The notes under the pieces were generated by a model. That model did not search any database, was not told where the DNA came from, and worked only from the letters and a program-made list of their open reading frames with translations. A DNA stretch of 64,000 nucleotides from positions 5,094-69,093 of the forward strand of contig CAYSSY010000001.1 of assembly GCA_964434055.1 (NCBI GenBank), read 5' to 3'. This document shows, in pieces, positions 46,358 through 55,680 of this stretch (position 1 is the stretch's first letter; every line of letters starts with the position of its first letter). A program made the position numbers and the translations under genes. Source of the stretch: an uncultured Gammaproteobacteria bacterium (GTDB lineage: Bacteria; Patescibacteriota; Patescibacteriia; UBA2196; CAYSSY01).

Positions 46358-47935
46358 ATGAACCAAAATAAAACAAATAATAAATTGTTTAATATTAAAT
46401 CTGATTTATCTGATAAAAGGAAATCACGTGTTTTTTATTTAATTTCTGTGATTTTACTTATTTTGGCTATTACTGGAATTTTAATTTATTCACAAAGTTT
46501 TTTAAAAAAAGTAAAAACAAATAGATTAATAGATGCTGTTGTTACAGACACTCTCTTATTTGCACAGATACCGGTAAACTATCTTCTAATTAGTGACTTA
46601 GATAAAAATAAACAGCAAGATGCTTGGTGGCTAGCACTCAAAAATAAATACCAATCCGATTACCTTGGGCGACTAAACCTGAATATTAACGACTTTGAAT
46701 CTCTCTTAAAAAAGGGGGTCAAAAAAATTGGAATAATAAACACTAAGAACAATGACTTAGCTTTAATTCTTGAATTTGTTAATCAAAATCAAATTGCCAA
46801 AATTATTGCTAGTGACTTAACAAAGTTTCCGCACTTAATAACTAATAAAAATATTGCGGTCATAACCTCCTCTAATAATTTACTTAATGAAATCTCATTT
46901 CAACTCAAAAACCCAAACGCCGTCTCACCAAAAAACTTAGCGCTTCAAAACCAAATAAAAGAAAATCAGCTTTCCGACGAACACGTCTTTATGTATTTAG
47001 ATTATTTTTTGTGGCAACAGATATTGGCAAACCAAAAATTATCAAATTTAGTTGACATAAAATCTTTAGTCAACAATAAACCAGCCTTTGTTAATATAAT
47101 AAAAAAAAATCAAGGTCTTGAATTAAATATATCTCTCTCTCATGTACTAGAATCAGCAATAGTATTTGATAACCAAGACAGCGACCAAAAACAAAATACG
47201 ATTATAGAAAAAATTAATAATCCTGATTTAATTTTTTTTACAAATTTCAAGCCGATATTATACATGCAACAAATCGAAAAAAAAATAAGCAATGAATATT
47301 TGGAAAAAAAATGGAATGGCCTAATTGATATTTGGAAAGAAAAATATATTTTAAACTCTGATGAAATAAATATTTTTTTGAATCAAAATTTAACTCTGGC
47401 TGTTCCGGTTGATCAAATTGATAATTTTTTTTCTGGCAATTACGATATCCTATCTAATCCATATCTGTTAGTATTCAAAAAAAACAACGAGAGTGTTTTT
47501 TTTCTTGAAATGGTCAAAAAAATAATTGCTGTTAGAAATCCCGAGGAAAAAATAACGATATTAACAGATAATAGTGAGGCAATTGAATTAATTGCTGAGC
47601 CACAGAATATAAATTTTTTAAAAACAGATGACGGGAAAAAAAATTATTATTGGCTACAAAACGGACCTGAAAAAGTTGGTTATTTCATTATGGATGACTA
47701 TTTATTTTTTAGCTCATCCATTGATATGTTAAATAAAATTTACATTGATCTGAATAAATCAAATAACTTAAATGAGGAAAGTAAGCAAACTTGCCTAAAA
47801 ACACCAAAAACCTTAATTCACTTTAACCAACCCGGTACAATTCATAAGAATCTCTCTCTTTTTAAAAAAGCTACTTTAATGGGTTTGGAACATAAAAAAA
47901 ATTATCTTAGTATCAATTTATGCCTTGAATATTAA
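46358..47935 (+). CDS. Hypothetical membrane-anchored Asn/Lys-rich protein
   Basis: A single N-terminal TM helix (VFYLISVILLILAITGILIYS), then a 480-aa low-complexity soluble part. Confidence 0.4.
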   Translation: MNQNKTNNKLFNIKSDLSDKRKSRVFYLISVILLILAITGILIYSQSFLKKVKTNRLIDAVVTDTLLFAQIPVNYLLISDLDKNKQQDAWWLALKNKYQSDYLGRLNLNINDFESLLKKGVKKIGIINTKNNDLALILEFVNQNQIAKIIASDLTKFPHLITNKNIAVITSSNNLLNEISFQLKNPNAVSPKNLALQNQIKENQLSDEHVFMYLDYFLWQQILANQKLSNLVDIKSLVNNKPAFVNIIKKNQGLELNISLSHVLESAIVFDNQDSDQKQNTIIEKINNPDLIFFTNFKPILYMQQIEKKISNEYLEKKWNGLIDIWKEKYILNSDEINIFLNQNLTLAVPVDQIDNFFSGNYDILSNPYLLVFKKNNESVFFLEMVKKIIAVRNPEEKITILTDNSEAIELIAEPQNINFLKTDDGKKNYYWLQNGPEKVGYFIMDDYLFFSSSIDMLNKIYIDLNKSNNLNEESKQTCLKTPKTLIHFNQPGTIHKNLSLFKKATLMGLEHKKNYLSINLCLEY

Positions 47936-48083
47936 TAATACAAACCAATTATTGGCTGTGCATAACATGTTAATTATTTCATTTACTTATTTAGTTACGG
48001 CTTAAACAAAATTCAACTTTTATAAATTTCACAAACTAGTAAATTATGGTATTTTGTTTTATATTAGCTAAATATTATTAACG

Positions 48084-48112
48084 TTGACAGAAAACAAAAA
48101 ACTTGCTATACT
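48084..48112 (+). promoter_or_regulatory. Strong sigma-70-type promoter TTGACA-N17-TATACT in a 680-bp intergenic region
   Basis: ttgaca at 48084-89 and tatact at 48107-12. No ORF follows for about 500 nt. Confidence 0.5.
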
Positions 48113-48399
48113 AAAAGCAGAACTAAAATAAAAACAAAAACAGCTAAGATAAACTTCTTCTTAAAAAATAGGTCCTTGAGAAATCAATTATAGATTCTTG
48201 AAGATTCTTAATAAAAATGAATTTAAGAAGAATTTTTTCTTTACTGTTCGTTTAGGGTTTCAATGCCGAAAAACCCCAAAAAACTAAAGTAAAAAACAAA
48301 AATAAAAAGGTAAACTTTTATTATTTATATATAGAGGTCTTACCATAAGAACGGTAATAGAAAATACGCTTGCTTTTTGACATCACTCGGCACAAAAAG

Positions 48400-48565
48400 C
48401 ACCAGATTTGTGGATAAGAAACACAATCTGGGAAGCGGACACATATTTCGAACACTTTCAATCAAGGGTTTGAGATATGTGTCCGTGCCCAGTGGCCTTA
48501 TCCACTTGGGCGCGTTACGTCCTTAAAATAACTTTTAATTGGGGCGCTAACTGCGCCCTTTTTTG
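48400..48565 (+). ncRNA. Candidate stand-alone structured ncRNA: a long nested hairpin followed by a strong intrinsic terminator
   Basis: Nested inverted repeats GTGGATAAG/CTTATCCAC, CTGGG/CCCAG and GGACACATAT/ATATGTGTCC. Then GGGGCGCtaactGCGCCC plus T6 (48541-48565). A new promoter TTGATT-N17-TATAAT (48583-48611) follows for the next gene. Confidence 0.4.
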
Positions 48566-48627
48566 TTTATCAAATTTATATATTGATTTATTAAAGTAAT
48601 CTTGCTATAATTTCTGTGTCAAAAAAT

Positions 48628-48990
48628 ATGAACAATGAATTTATCCAAGAACAAAAAAAATTATTGACCGAGCAGTTAGAAGAGTTTTCGTTGCGTTTAA
48701 AAAATAATACGATAAAGACTGACCATGGCGAAGAAGTAAAATTTCCTGATATTGGAGATGCTTCTGATGAAAATGCTGCTGAAGTTGATCAATATCAAAA
48801 TTCTTTAGCCTTAGCAGAAACTCTTGAAAAAGAAATATCTGATATAAAAAAATCACTTGAGCGTATTGAAAAAGGCACTTATGGTGTCTGTAAATATTGT
48901 GGCAAAGAAATAAGTGAGGGTCGTTTAAAAATACGTCCGACATCTTCTTCGTGTGTGGATTGCAAAAAAAAATTATCCGGTGAAGAATAA
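48628..48990 (+). CDS. DksA/TraR-family C4 zinc-finger protein
   Basis: C-terminal CKYCGKEISEGRLKIRPTSSSCVDC, plus a coiled-coil N-terminus. The track start is GTG 48616; ATG 48628 was used. Confidence 0.7.
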   Translation: MNNEFIQEQKKLLTEQLEEFSLRLKNNTIKTDHGEEVKFPDIGDASDENAAEVDQYQNSLALAETLEKEISDIKKSLERIEKGTYGVCKYCGKEISEGRLKIRPTSSSCVDCKKKLSGEE

Positions 48991-48999
48991 CTTTAAAGC

Positions 49000-49437
49000 A
49001 TGGCTAAAATACCTAAAAAATTTTTGGGGATCAGTCTAATTTGTCTGGTCCTTTTTGTTTTAGACAGATTTTCAAAAAACTTCTTCCTAAATAATCACAA
49101 TATTAATCTGTGGGGGTTAACTAGTTTTCAAAAGAATTGTGGTTTTATTTTTGGCGCGCAGTTTCCCGGTTGGGAAAATATTTTTTATACTTTTATTTTT
49201 TGTGCTTTTATTATTTTATTTTATTTATTAATTGTTTTTTTAAAAGAAGGAAGAATAACAGAACTACTAGCGACAGAACTTATAATCATCGGGGCTTTGA
49301 GTAATGTTCTTGACCGTATATTTTATGGTTGTGTTACTGACTTTATTAGCTTTTGGATTCTGGGGGTATTTAACATGAGCGATGTTTACATTTTTATCGG
49401 TGCTTTATTTTTATTTTTAAATTACTTAAAAAAATAG
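49000..49437 (+). CDS. lspA: Lipoprotein signal peptidase II
   Basis: Four TM helices with LSNVLDRIFYGCVTDFISF and FNMSDVYI motifs. Confidence 0.7.
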   Translation: MAKIPKKFLGISLICLVLFVLDRFSKNFFLNNHNINLWGLTSFQKNCGFIFGAQFPGWENIFYTFIFCAFIILFYLLIVFLKEGRITELLATELIIIGALSNVLDRIFYGCVTDFISFWILGVFNMSDVYIFIGALFLFLNYLKK

Positions 49438-49442
49438 AATTG

Positions 49443-50966
49443 TTAGATGACTTCTTTCGGCCGATACTGCAAAGCTTCGGCAACATGAATTGTTTCTATT
49501 TTTTCACTATCTGCCAAATCAGCGATGGTGCGACTCAGTTTTAGAATTCGATAATAAGAACGGGCAGACAACCTGAATTGACTAACAGCGCTGCGCATTA
49601 ACTCTTGTGATGCAAAATCAATTTGGCAATATGTCTTAATCTCATTTATACCCATCTCGCTGTTAGCTTTTATTTTAAGTGTTTCGAACCTTTTTGCTTG
49701 AATATTGCGAGCTTGTTCAACCCGCAAACGTACATGATTAGAGCTCTCACTGCTTTCTATAGACGTTAATTTATCAAAATCAACTCTCGGAACCTCGATA
49801 TGCAAATCAATGCGGTCAAGAAGCGGACCGGAAATTCTCTTATGGTATTTCAATATCTGAGTTGGAGTACACATACAATGTTTTACAGAATCATTGTAAT
49901 AGCCACAAGGGCACGGATTTTGAGCAGCAACAAGAGTAAAGCGTGAAGGAAAGGTCACACTACCTTGTGCCCGAGATACTGTTACCTGACCATCCTCCAG
50001 TGGTTGACGCAAATTTTCAAGCACTGACCTAGAAAATTCTGGAAATTCATCCAAAAATAAAATGCCGCGGTGTGCAAGACTAATTTCCCCTGGTTTGGGA
50101 TAAGTTCCACCACCAACTAAAGCCACACCCGATGAGGTGTGGTGAGGTTGGCGAAATGGCCGATCTCTAATTATTGGCTGACTTACTGGCAAACTACCGG
50201 CAACACTATAAATTTTCGTGACTTCCAAAATCTCACTTTTGGTCATAGTGGGCAGAATACCTACCAATGCCTTAGCTAACAATGTTTTACCAGAACCTGG
50301 CGGTCCAAACATTAATAGATTATGGGCTCCAGCAGCGGCAATCTCAAGTGCTCTTTTGGCTTGTTCTTGACCTTTAATGAAGGCTAAATCAACTTCAAAA
50401 TTTCTGTCTTTAGAAGGTAGCTCTATAAATAATTCATGTGGCTTTGGTAAAATTACTTTATCTCCCTTAAGATGGAGGATGAGTTCAATTAAATTATTAA
50501 CTGGAATTATTTTTATTCCTTCAACTAAAGAAGCTTCCTGAGCGTTAGCAACAGGCACAAATATATATTTTACCCCATGTTCTTGGGCAAAAATGGTTAT
50601 AGGCAAAACACCTTGAATTGGACGCAGTGTTCCATCCAAAGATAACTCGCCAATAAATAAACTGTCTTTTAGGTTGAAGTTAAAGTTATTCTCTGCTTCA
50701 ATAATACCCAGAGCAATTGGTAAATCGAAGGCTGGACCTTCTTTTTTTATATCAGCTGGCGCTAAATTAACAGTTAATTTATGTCGTGGAAAATTAAAAC
50801 CAGAATTTTTAATAGCACTTCTTACACGTTCTTTGGCTTCATCCACCGCTTTATCAGGTAAGCCAACAATAATAAATGAGGAAAGTCCTTGCGAGACGTC
50901 AATTTCAACTTCTACTTGAGTTGTATCTAAACCCAATACTGTTCCTGAATACACTTTAATTATCAT
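49443..50966 (-). CDS. YifB/ComM-family Mg-chelatase-like AAA+ ATPase
   Basis: 507 aa. Walker A LLMFGPPGSGKT. ChlI-type core: GQVTVSRAQGSVTFPSRFTLVAAQNPCPCGY. Confidence 0.85.
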   Translation of the reverse strand: MIIKVYSGTVLGLDTTQVEVEIDVSQGLSSFIIVGLPDKAVDEAKERVRSAIKNSGFNFPRHKLTVNLAPADIKKEGPAFDLPIALGIIEAENNFNFNLKDSLFIGELSLDGTLRPIQGVLPITIFAQEHGVKYIFVPVANAQEASLVEGIKIIPVNNLIELILHLKGDKVILPKPHELFIELPSKDRNFEVDLAFIKGQEQAKRALEIAAAGAHNLLMFGPPGSGKTLLAKALVGILPTMTKSEILEVTKIYSVAGSLPVSQPIIRDRPFRQPHHTSSGVALVGGGTYPKPGEISLAHRGILFLDEFPEFSRSVLENLRQPLEDGQVTVSRAQGSVTFPSRFTLVAAQNPCPCGYYNDSVKHCMCTPTQILKYHKRISGPLLDRIDLHIEVPRVDFDKLTSIESSESSNHVRLRVEQARNIQAKRFETLKIKANSEMGINEIKTYCQIDFASQELMRSAVSQFRLSARSYYRILKLSRTIADLADSEKIETIHVAEALQYRPKEVI

Positions 50967-51106
50967 ATAAATAGAATAAATAATCTATTTTAAGAATAAC
51001 TCAAACAGTAATAATCTGTAAATGAGGTAAGAATTTGCCATTTAAAAACCTTCTCTGTTATAATGATAAATACGATAAACTTTTATTAACTAAATAAGAA
51101 AAAAAT

Positions 51107-51433
51107 ATGCCAGAATTATTAATTACTGATCAAAATTTTGTTGAACAAATTATAAAATCGAAAGACATTGCCTTGGTTGATTTTTGGGCTCCGTGGTGTG
51201 GTCCTTGTCGGTTGCAAGGCCCAATTATCGAAGAATTGAATAAAGAGTTTGAAGGTAAACCTGTAAAAATCGGTAAGCTCAATGTTGATGAAAACCCAGA
51301 AACCGCGCAACATTATAATGTTATGAGTATTCCTACACTAGTTATTTTCAAAAACGGCCAAGTTGTTGAAATGATGACCGGCCTAAGATCAAAAGAAGAT
51401 TTATCTGAAAAGTTGAATAATCTATTAAAATAA
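51107..51433 (+). CDS. trxA: Thioredoxin
   Basis: WAPWCGPCR active site. Length 108 aa. Confidence 0.9.
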   Translation: MPELLITDQNFVEQIIKSKDIALVDFWAPWCGPCRLQGPIIEELNKEFEGKPVKIGKLNVDENPETAQHYNVMSIPTLVIFKNGQVVEMMTGLRSKEDLSEKLNNLLK

Positions 51434-51446
51434 TCTTTTGTTAAAA

Positions 51447-52379
51447 ATGACGGAAATTACAAGCAAAAATTACGATATTATCATAGTCGGTGGTGGAGCT
51501 GCTGGTTTGACAGCTGCAATTTATACATCACGAAAAATGCTATCAACATTATTGGTCACACCTGAAGTTGGCGGACAAGCAGCTTTGACTAATTGGGTTG
51601 AAAATTATCCTGGCGTAACTGAGACTGACGGTTTCTTGATTATGCAAAATTTTAAAAAACAAGCTGAAAAGTTTGGAACACAATTCTATACTTCAAAAAT
51701 TACAAAAATAAACAAAATTAATTCCGGTTTTGAATTGGTTTGTGAAAACGCCGTCTCATTAACAAGTCGAGCTGTGATTCTGGCTTTTGGTTTACAACAC
51801 CGTCTTCTAAATATAGGTGGCGAAAAAAAATATACTGGCCGGGGTGTTGCTTATTGCGCCACGTGCGATGGTCCTCTTTATAAAAACAAGACCGTCGCTG
51901 TTGTTGGTGGCGGCAACTCTGCTTTGGGGGCGGCGGAATATCTATCAAGTCTAACCAATAAAGTTTATCTGTTAAATAGAAATGCCAATTTCTCTGGTGA
52001 TGATTTTATTGTCAACAGAATAAAAAAAATTAGTAATATTGAAATAATGCACAATACTGCAGTGATGGAAATAAAGGGCGATATAATAGTAAAATCACTT
52101 CTCATAAAAATAAAGGACGATGAACAAGAAATTCCCATTGATGGAATTTTTATTGAAATCGGCTATCAAGCTAAGACTGATTGGCTAAAAGGCTTAATTG
52201 AGTTGAATGATCGTGGGGAAATATTAATTAATCAAAATAACCAAACAAATGTTGAAGGAATTTTTGCTGCTGGTGATGCTACCTCAGTCAGTCATAAACA
52301 GATAGTAATAGCCGCTGGTGAAGGAGCAAAAGCGGCACTCTCTGCTTACTATTATCTAAAAAATAATAATAATTATTAA
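51447..52379 (+). CDS. trxB: Thioredoxin-disulfide reductase
   Basis: DIIIVGGGAAGLTAAIY, CATCDG redox motif, GGGNSA. The track start is TTG 51438; ATG 51447 was used. Confidence 0.85.
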   Translation: MTEITSKNYDIIIVGGGAAGLTAAIYTSRKMLSTLLVTPEVGGQAALTNWVENYPGVTETDGFLIMQNFKKQAEKFGTQFYTSKITKINKINSGFELVCENAVSLTSRAVILAFGLQHRLLNIGGEKKYTGRGVAYCATCDGPLYKNKTVAVVGGGNSALGAAEYLSSLTNKVYLLNRNANFSGDDFIVNRIKKISNIEIMHNTAVMEIKGDIIVKSLLIKIKDDEQEIPIDGIFIEIGYQAKTDWLKGLIELNDRGEILINQNNQTNVEGIFAAGDATSVSHKQIVIAAGEGAKAALSAYYYLKNNNNY

Positions 52380-52409
52380 AAACTACCTTTATCGGTGGTT
52401 CTGCGCAAT

Positions 52410-53678
52410 ATGGTCAATCTATTTACTCAAACTTTAACACAGTTAAAAAAGGCTCACGTTTTGGGTAGTTTTAGTGATTCGTTTTGGCAAGCTTTAAAAA
52501 ATCCACAAACAGTCTTGGAGTTTAACTTCCCTGTTAAAATGGATAACAATTCAGTAAAATACTTTAATGGTTATCGTGTTCAGTACAATAATGCTCTTGG
52601 GCCTTTCAAGGGCGGCTTGCGCTATTCTTTAGGGGTTAATCTTAATGAAATTAAAGCCTTGGCGCTTTTAATGGCCTTAAAATGCGCGGTGGTTAACATA
52701 CCTTTTGGTGGTGGCAAAGGTGGAGTAGAAGTTGATGCAAAAAATTTAAGTCCACGGGAACTAGAAAATTTAACACGCTCTTTTACTCAAATCTTAGCCA
52801 CCCATATTGGTCCAGACAAAGACATACCAGCACCAGATATGTATACTAACTCACAGGTTATGGCATGGATCGTTGATGAATTCAGTAAATTATCTGGTTA
52901 CCTTGCGCCTGCAGTAGTTACTGGTAAACCGTTAGAACTCGGTGGATCATTGGGACGAAATGAAGCAACTGGTCAAGGCGGTTATTATGTCTTTGAAGAA
53001 TTAATTAAAAAATCAAAACTAAAAAAGGATTTAACCATTGCTGTTCAAGGTTTTGGTAATGTTGGTTATCATATTACAAAATTTCTTCATAATGCTGGTT
53101 ATAAAATTATTTTGGTGTCTGATTCTCAGGGTGGTATCTACGATCTAAGAAAACACGGTATGGACCCAGAAAGACTTCAGGAAATGAAACATAAAGATAA
53201 CGGCATTAATGGCTGTTATTGTAAAGGCACTGTTTGTGATTGTGATAATTATAAAAAAATTTCTAATGACCGACTACTAGAATCGCAAGTTGATGTCTTG
53301 ATTCCTGCGGCGCTAGAAAATGTTATTACGGAAAAAAATGCTAGCCGAATTAAAGCTAAATACATTTTAGAAATGGCAAATGGAGCAATCAATTTAAATG
53401 CCGAGAATAAACTCTTAAAGAAAAAAATTGTTGTTGTTCCAGATATTTTAGCGAATGCTGGCGGGGTCACGGTCTCCTATTTTGAATGGCTACAAAACAA
53501 ACAAGGTGAAAGTTGGACACTGACCGAAGTGAATGCAAAACTTAAGGAAATCATGGTCAGAGCAACTCGTGACATCTGGTCAATGGCTCAAGAAAAAAAT
53601 CTCGATTTAAGAACCGCAGCTCATCTTGTCGCTTTACAAAGAATGGAACGTGCTATGAAATTAAAGGGGTTAATTTAA
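52410..53678 (+). CDS. gdh: Glu/Leu/Phe/Val-family amino-acid dehydrogenase (glutamate dehydrogenase-like)
   Basis: PFGGGKGG motif and an NAD(P)-binding GFGNVG. The track start is GTG 52395; ATG 52410 was used. Terminator at 53706-53732. Confidence 0.8.
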   Translation: MVNLFTQTLTQLKKAHVLGSFSDSFWQALKNPQTVLEFNFPVKMDNNSVKYFNGYRVQYNNALGPFKGGLRYSLGVNLNEIKALALLMALKCAVVNIPFGGGKGGVEVDAKNLSPRELENLTRSFTQILATHIGPDKDIPAPDMYTNSQVMAWIVDEFSKLSGYLAPAVVTGKPLELGGSLGRNEATGQGGYYVFEELIKKSKLKKDLTIAVQGFGNVGYHITKFLHNAGYKIILVSDSQGGIYDLRKHGMDPERLQEMKHKDNGINGCYCKGTVCDCDNYKKISNDRLLESQVDVLIPAALENVITEKNASRIKAKYILEMANGAINLNAENKLLKKKIVVVPDILANAGGVTVSYFEWLQNKQGESWTLTEVNAKLKEIMVRATRDIWSMAQEKNLDLRTAAHLVALQRMERAMKLKGLI

Positions 53679-53730
53679 TCTCTCTTTTCCAAATTTCCAA
53701 TTAAAAACAGCGGGGAAGCTCCACTGTTTT

Positions 53731-54768
53731 TTAGTCCAATTTTCTTACAGATCCACTCGAAGTATCAACTTCGACCAAATCACCGTCATTAAAAATTTGT
53801 GTAGCACATCGTGTTCCAACAACACAAGGAATTCCTAGCTCACGGGAAATGATGGCAGCATGACACATCAAACCGCCCTCATCAGTCACTATCGCTTTAA
53901 CATATTTCAATACTGGCACCAACTGCGGGTTGGTCATGCCAGTAATTAAGATACAATCTTGAGGTAAATCAGGAACGTGACTAAACGACAAATGCAGTTT
54001 AGCACGACCAACTACTTTTTCATTGACCTGATAGGAAACCCGTCCGGTAACTTTTTTTTCAGTCTTATTAACAGACAATTTATCCCTTAAACCCAAATAT
54101 TCATGATCAGTGTGTATGACCCAGTTTTTTCTAAAAACATAACCGCTTTTTCTTTGTAAGAGTGCTGGGGCATTAACAAATTTTTTATTAAAAATCAAAT
54201 TACTAAATTCATCAAAAGTCATAATCTCGATGTCGTCTAGCGCAATTTGAAACTCTTTGCCGGCTTTGATAATCACCTTTTCAAAAAGCAGATGCAAGAC
54301 ACTTAGATAATGGTGAGCCTTTAATCTAAACTGGCCGATAAACTCCAAACGTTTATAGATTCCGGTATTATCTTTTTGTTCTTCCAATGATAAGAGTGAC
54401 GATTCCTCACATAAAACATAGACATCGCATATGTCTTTTATATATGCCAAAAGCATCTGCCACCATTCATTAAAGTACTTACTATCAAATTTGGGAATTT
54501 GTGTTTGGTTAATTTTATCTATCACGACAAACTTTTGTTTCAGTTCATTAAATATTTCCTGCCACTGATCATTGTCTAGTAGATACCGCTTACCCATTAA
54601 ATAAGCTTGCTCCATGCCCGCTTTTGTCAAATAAACAGAGAAAGCTTTCTGTTCACCATCATAAAGGCAAACATAGTCATTATTACCATAATCAGTCTTT
54701 TCGAATAGATAGCTGACCAACGGTAATGGAAACTGTTCTTTAAAATTTAAATAATATTCTTGATTCAT
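53731..54768 (-). CDS. Protein with C-terminal PEP-utilising-enzyme mobile (swivel phospho-His) domain. The N-terminal 250 aa are uncharacterised.
   Basis: ITGMTNPQLVPVLKYVKAIVTDEGGLMCHAAIISRELGIPCVVG matches the GGxxSHAAIxARExGIPxVVG consensus. Confidence 0.6.
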   Translation of the reverse strand: MNQEYYLNFKEQFPLPLVSYLFEKTDYGNNDYVCLYDGEQKAFSVYLTKAGMEQAYLMGKRYLLDNDQWQEIFNELKQKFVVIDKINQTQIPKFDSKYFNEWWQMLLAYIKDICDVYVLCEESSLLSLEEQKDNTGIYKRLEFIGQFRLKAHHYLSVLHLLFEKVIIKAGKEFQIALDDIEIMTFDEFSNLIFNKKFVNAPALLQRKSGYVFRKNWVIHTDHEYLGLRDKLSVNKTEKKVTGRVSYQVNEKVVGRAKLHLSFSHVPDLPQDCILITGMTNPQLVPVLKYVKAIVTDEGGLMCHAAIISRELGIPCVVGTRCATQIFNDGDLVEVDTSSGSVRKLD

Positions 54769-54876
54769 ATTTTTATTATCTTGCGCCGGTCAAACATTAA
54801 TAATAAACTTAACCGGTCCAGTTTAACAAAAATTATTGGAGCAGACAGACAAAGTGCATCTGTCTGCTCCTGTGTG

Positions 54877-55464
54877 CTAACTGCTTTTAACCTCCTCTAA
54901 GGAAATCGTTGACAATTTACCTGTTTCCAGATCGTAACGGAAGCAGTGAATGGATCCCGGCTTTGGTGCAAACACCTCATAAACACGTAGATAATGATCT
55001 TCATCTACTGGAATAATCCCGTTTGCTAGTGTATATAATGGTACGATGTATGCGCCACTTCCCACCAGCAACGCCCGACCACCTTCTGATAATCGCTCAG
55101 CCAAATTTCGGATAATCACCTTCGCTATCGGCTCGTACTCATCAATGAGTCGGTCACCGGCGCCTTCAGGATACAACTTGCCACATTTACTGTTTGTACG
55201 AGGATCAAGACGAGTGTCACACACTCGTTTTCTATAATTTACTCTGGTTTCAATGTGTGACCATGTCTCCCGCATCCGCTGTAAAGCACCATGAGCCACG
55301 AGATCGAACTCCATTCCCTCCACTTGTTCTGCAGCGCCGTCTCCTTGAGCGTGTCCGTCTGATGAAAGACCGGCATCACCCGATTCTAACCTTTCAATGT
55401 CATCCGCCGACGTATCGCCGTGGCGTACGAAGACGATGTCTATAAACTTTTTGGTCGTTTCCAT
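54877..55464 (-). CDS. Histidine-phosphatase-superfamily (PGAM-like, RHG motif) protein, GC-rich gene
   Basis: IVFVRHGDT (RHG), SSDGHAQG. About 52% GC. AAGGAG SD. Lies immediately upstream of the swivel-His gene in the same orientation. Confidence 0.55.
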   Translation of the reverse strand: METTKKFIDIVFVRHGDTSADDIERLESGDAGLSSDGHAQGDGAAEQVEGMEFDLVAHGALQRMRETWSHIETRVNYRKRVCDTRLDPRTNSKCGKLYPEGAGDRLIDEYEPIAKVIIRNLAERLSEGGRALLVGSGAYIVPLYTLANGIIPVDEDHYLRVYEVFAPKPGSIHCFRYDLETGKLSTISLEEVKSS

Positions 55465-55645
55465 TTTAATTCTCCTTATAAAAGGTTGTTTGGTATTTTT
55501 GTTGGCAAAGAACTATTTTTAATTTAACCGTCCATTATACTGCCAATTGTTGTTTGTGTCAATAATTATGGCAAAAGTAAATATTACATTAATCGCTAAA
55601 ATTAGATAAAAATTAATAAATTTATTATTGGTGTTGTCAGAAATA

Positions 55646-55674
55646 TTGACATAATGAAGCTTGGGTTTTATATT
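55646..55674 (+). promoter_or_regulatory. Promoter TTGACA-N17-TATATT. The -10 ends 6 nt before the ATG at 55681, implying a leaderless transcript.
   Basis: ttgaca at 55646-51 and tatatt at 55669-74. The ATG is at 55681 with no SD. Confidence 0.45.
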
Positions 55675-55680
55675 ATCTAT

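Noticed and set aside
55046-55445. Plus-strand ORFs 55046..55237 and 55194..55445
   Set aside because: They are antisense to the GC-rich histidine-phosphatase gene, where the high GC suppresses stop codons. They have no SD.
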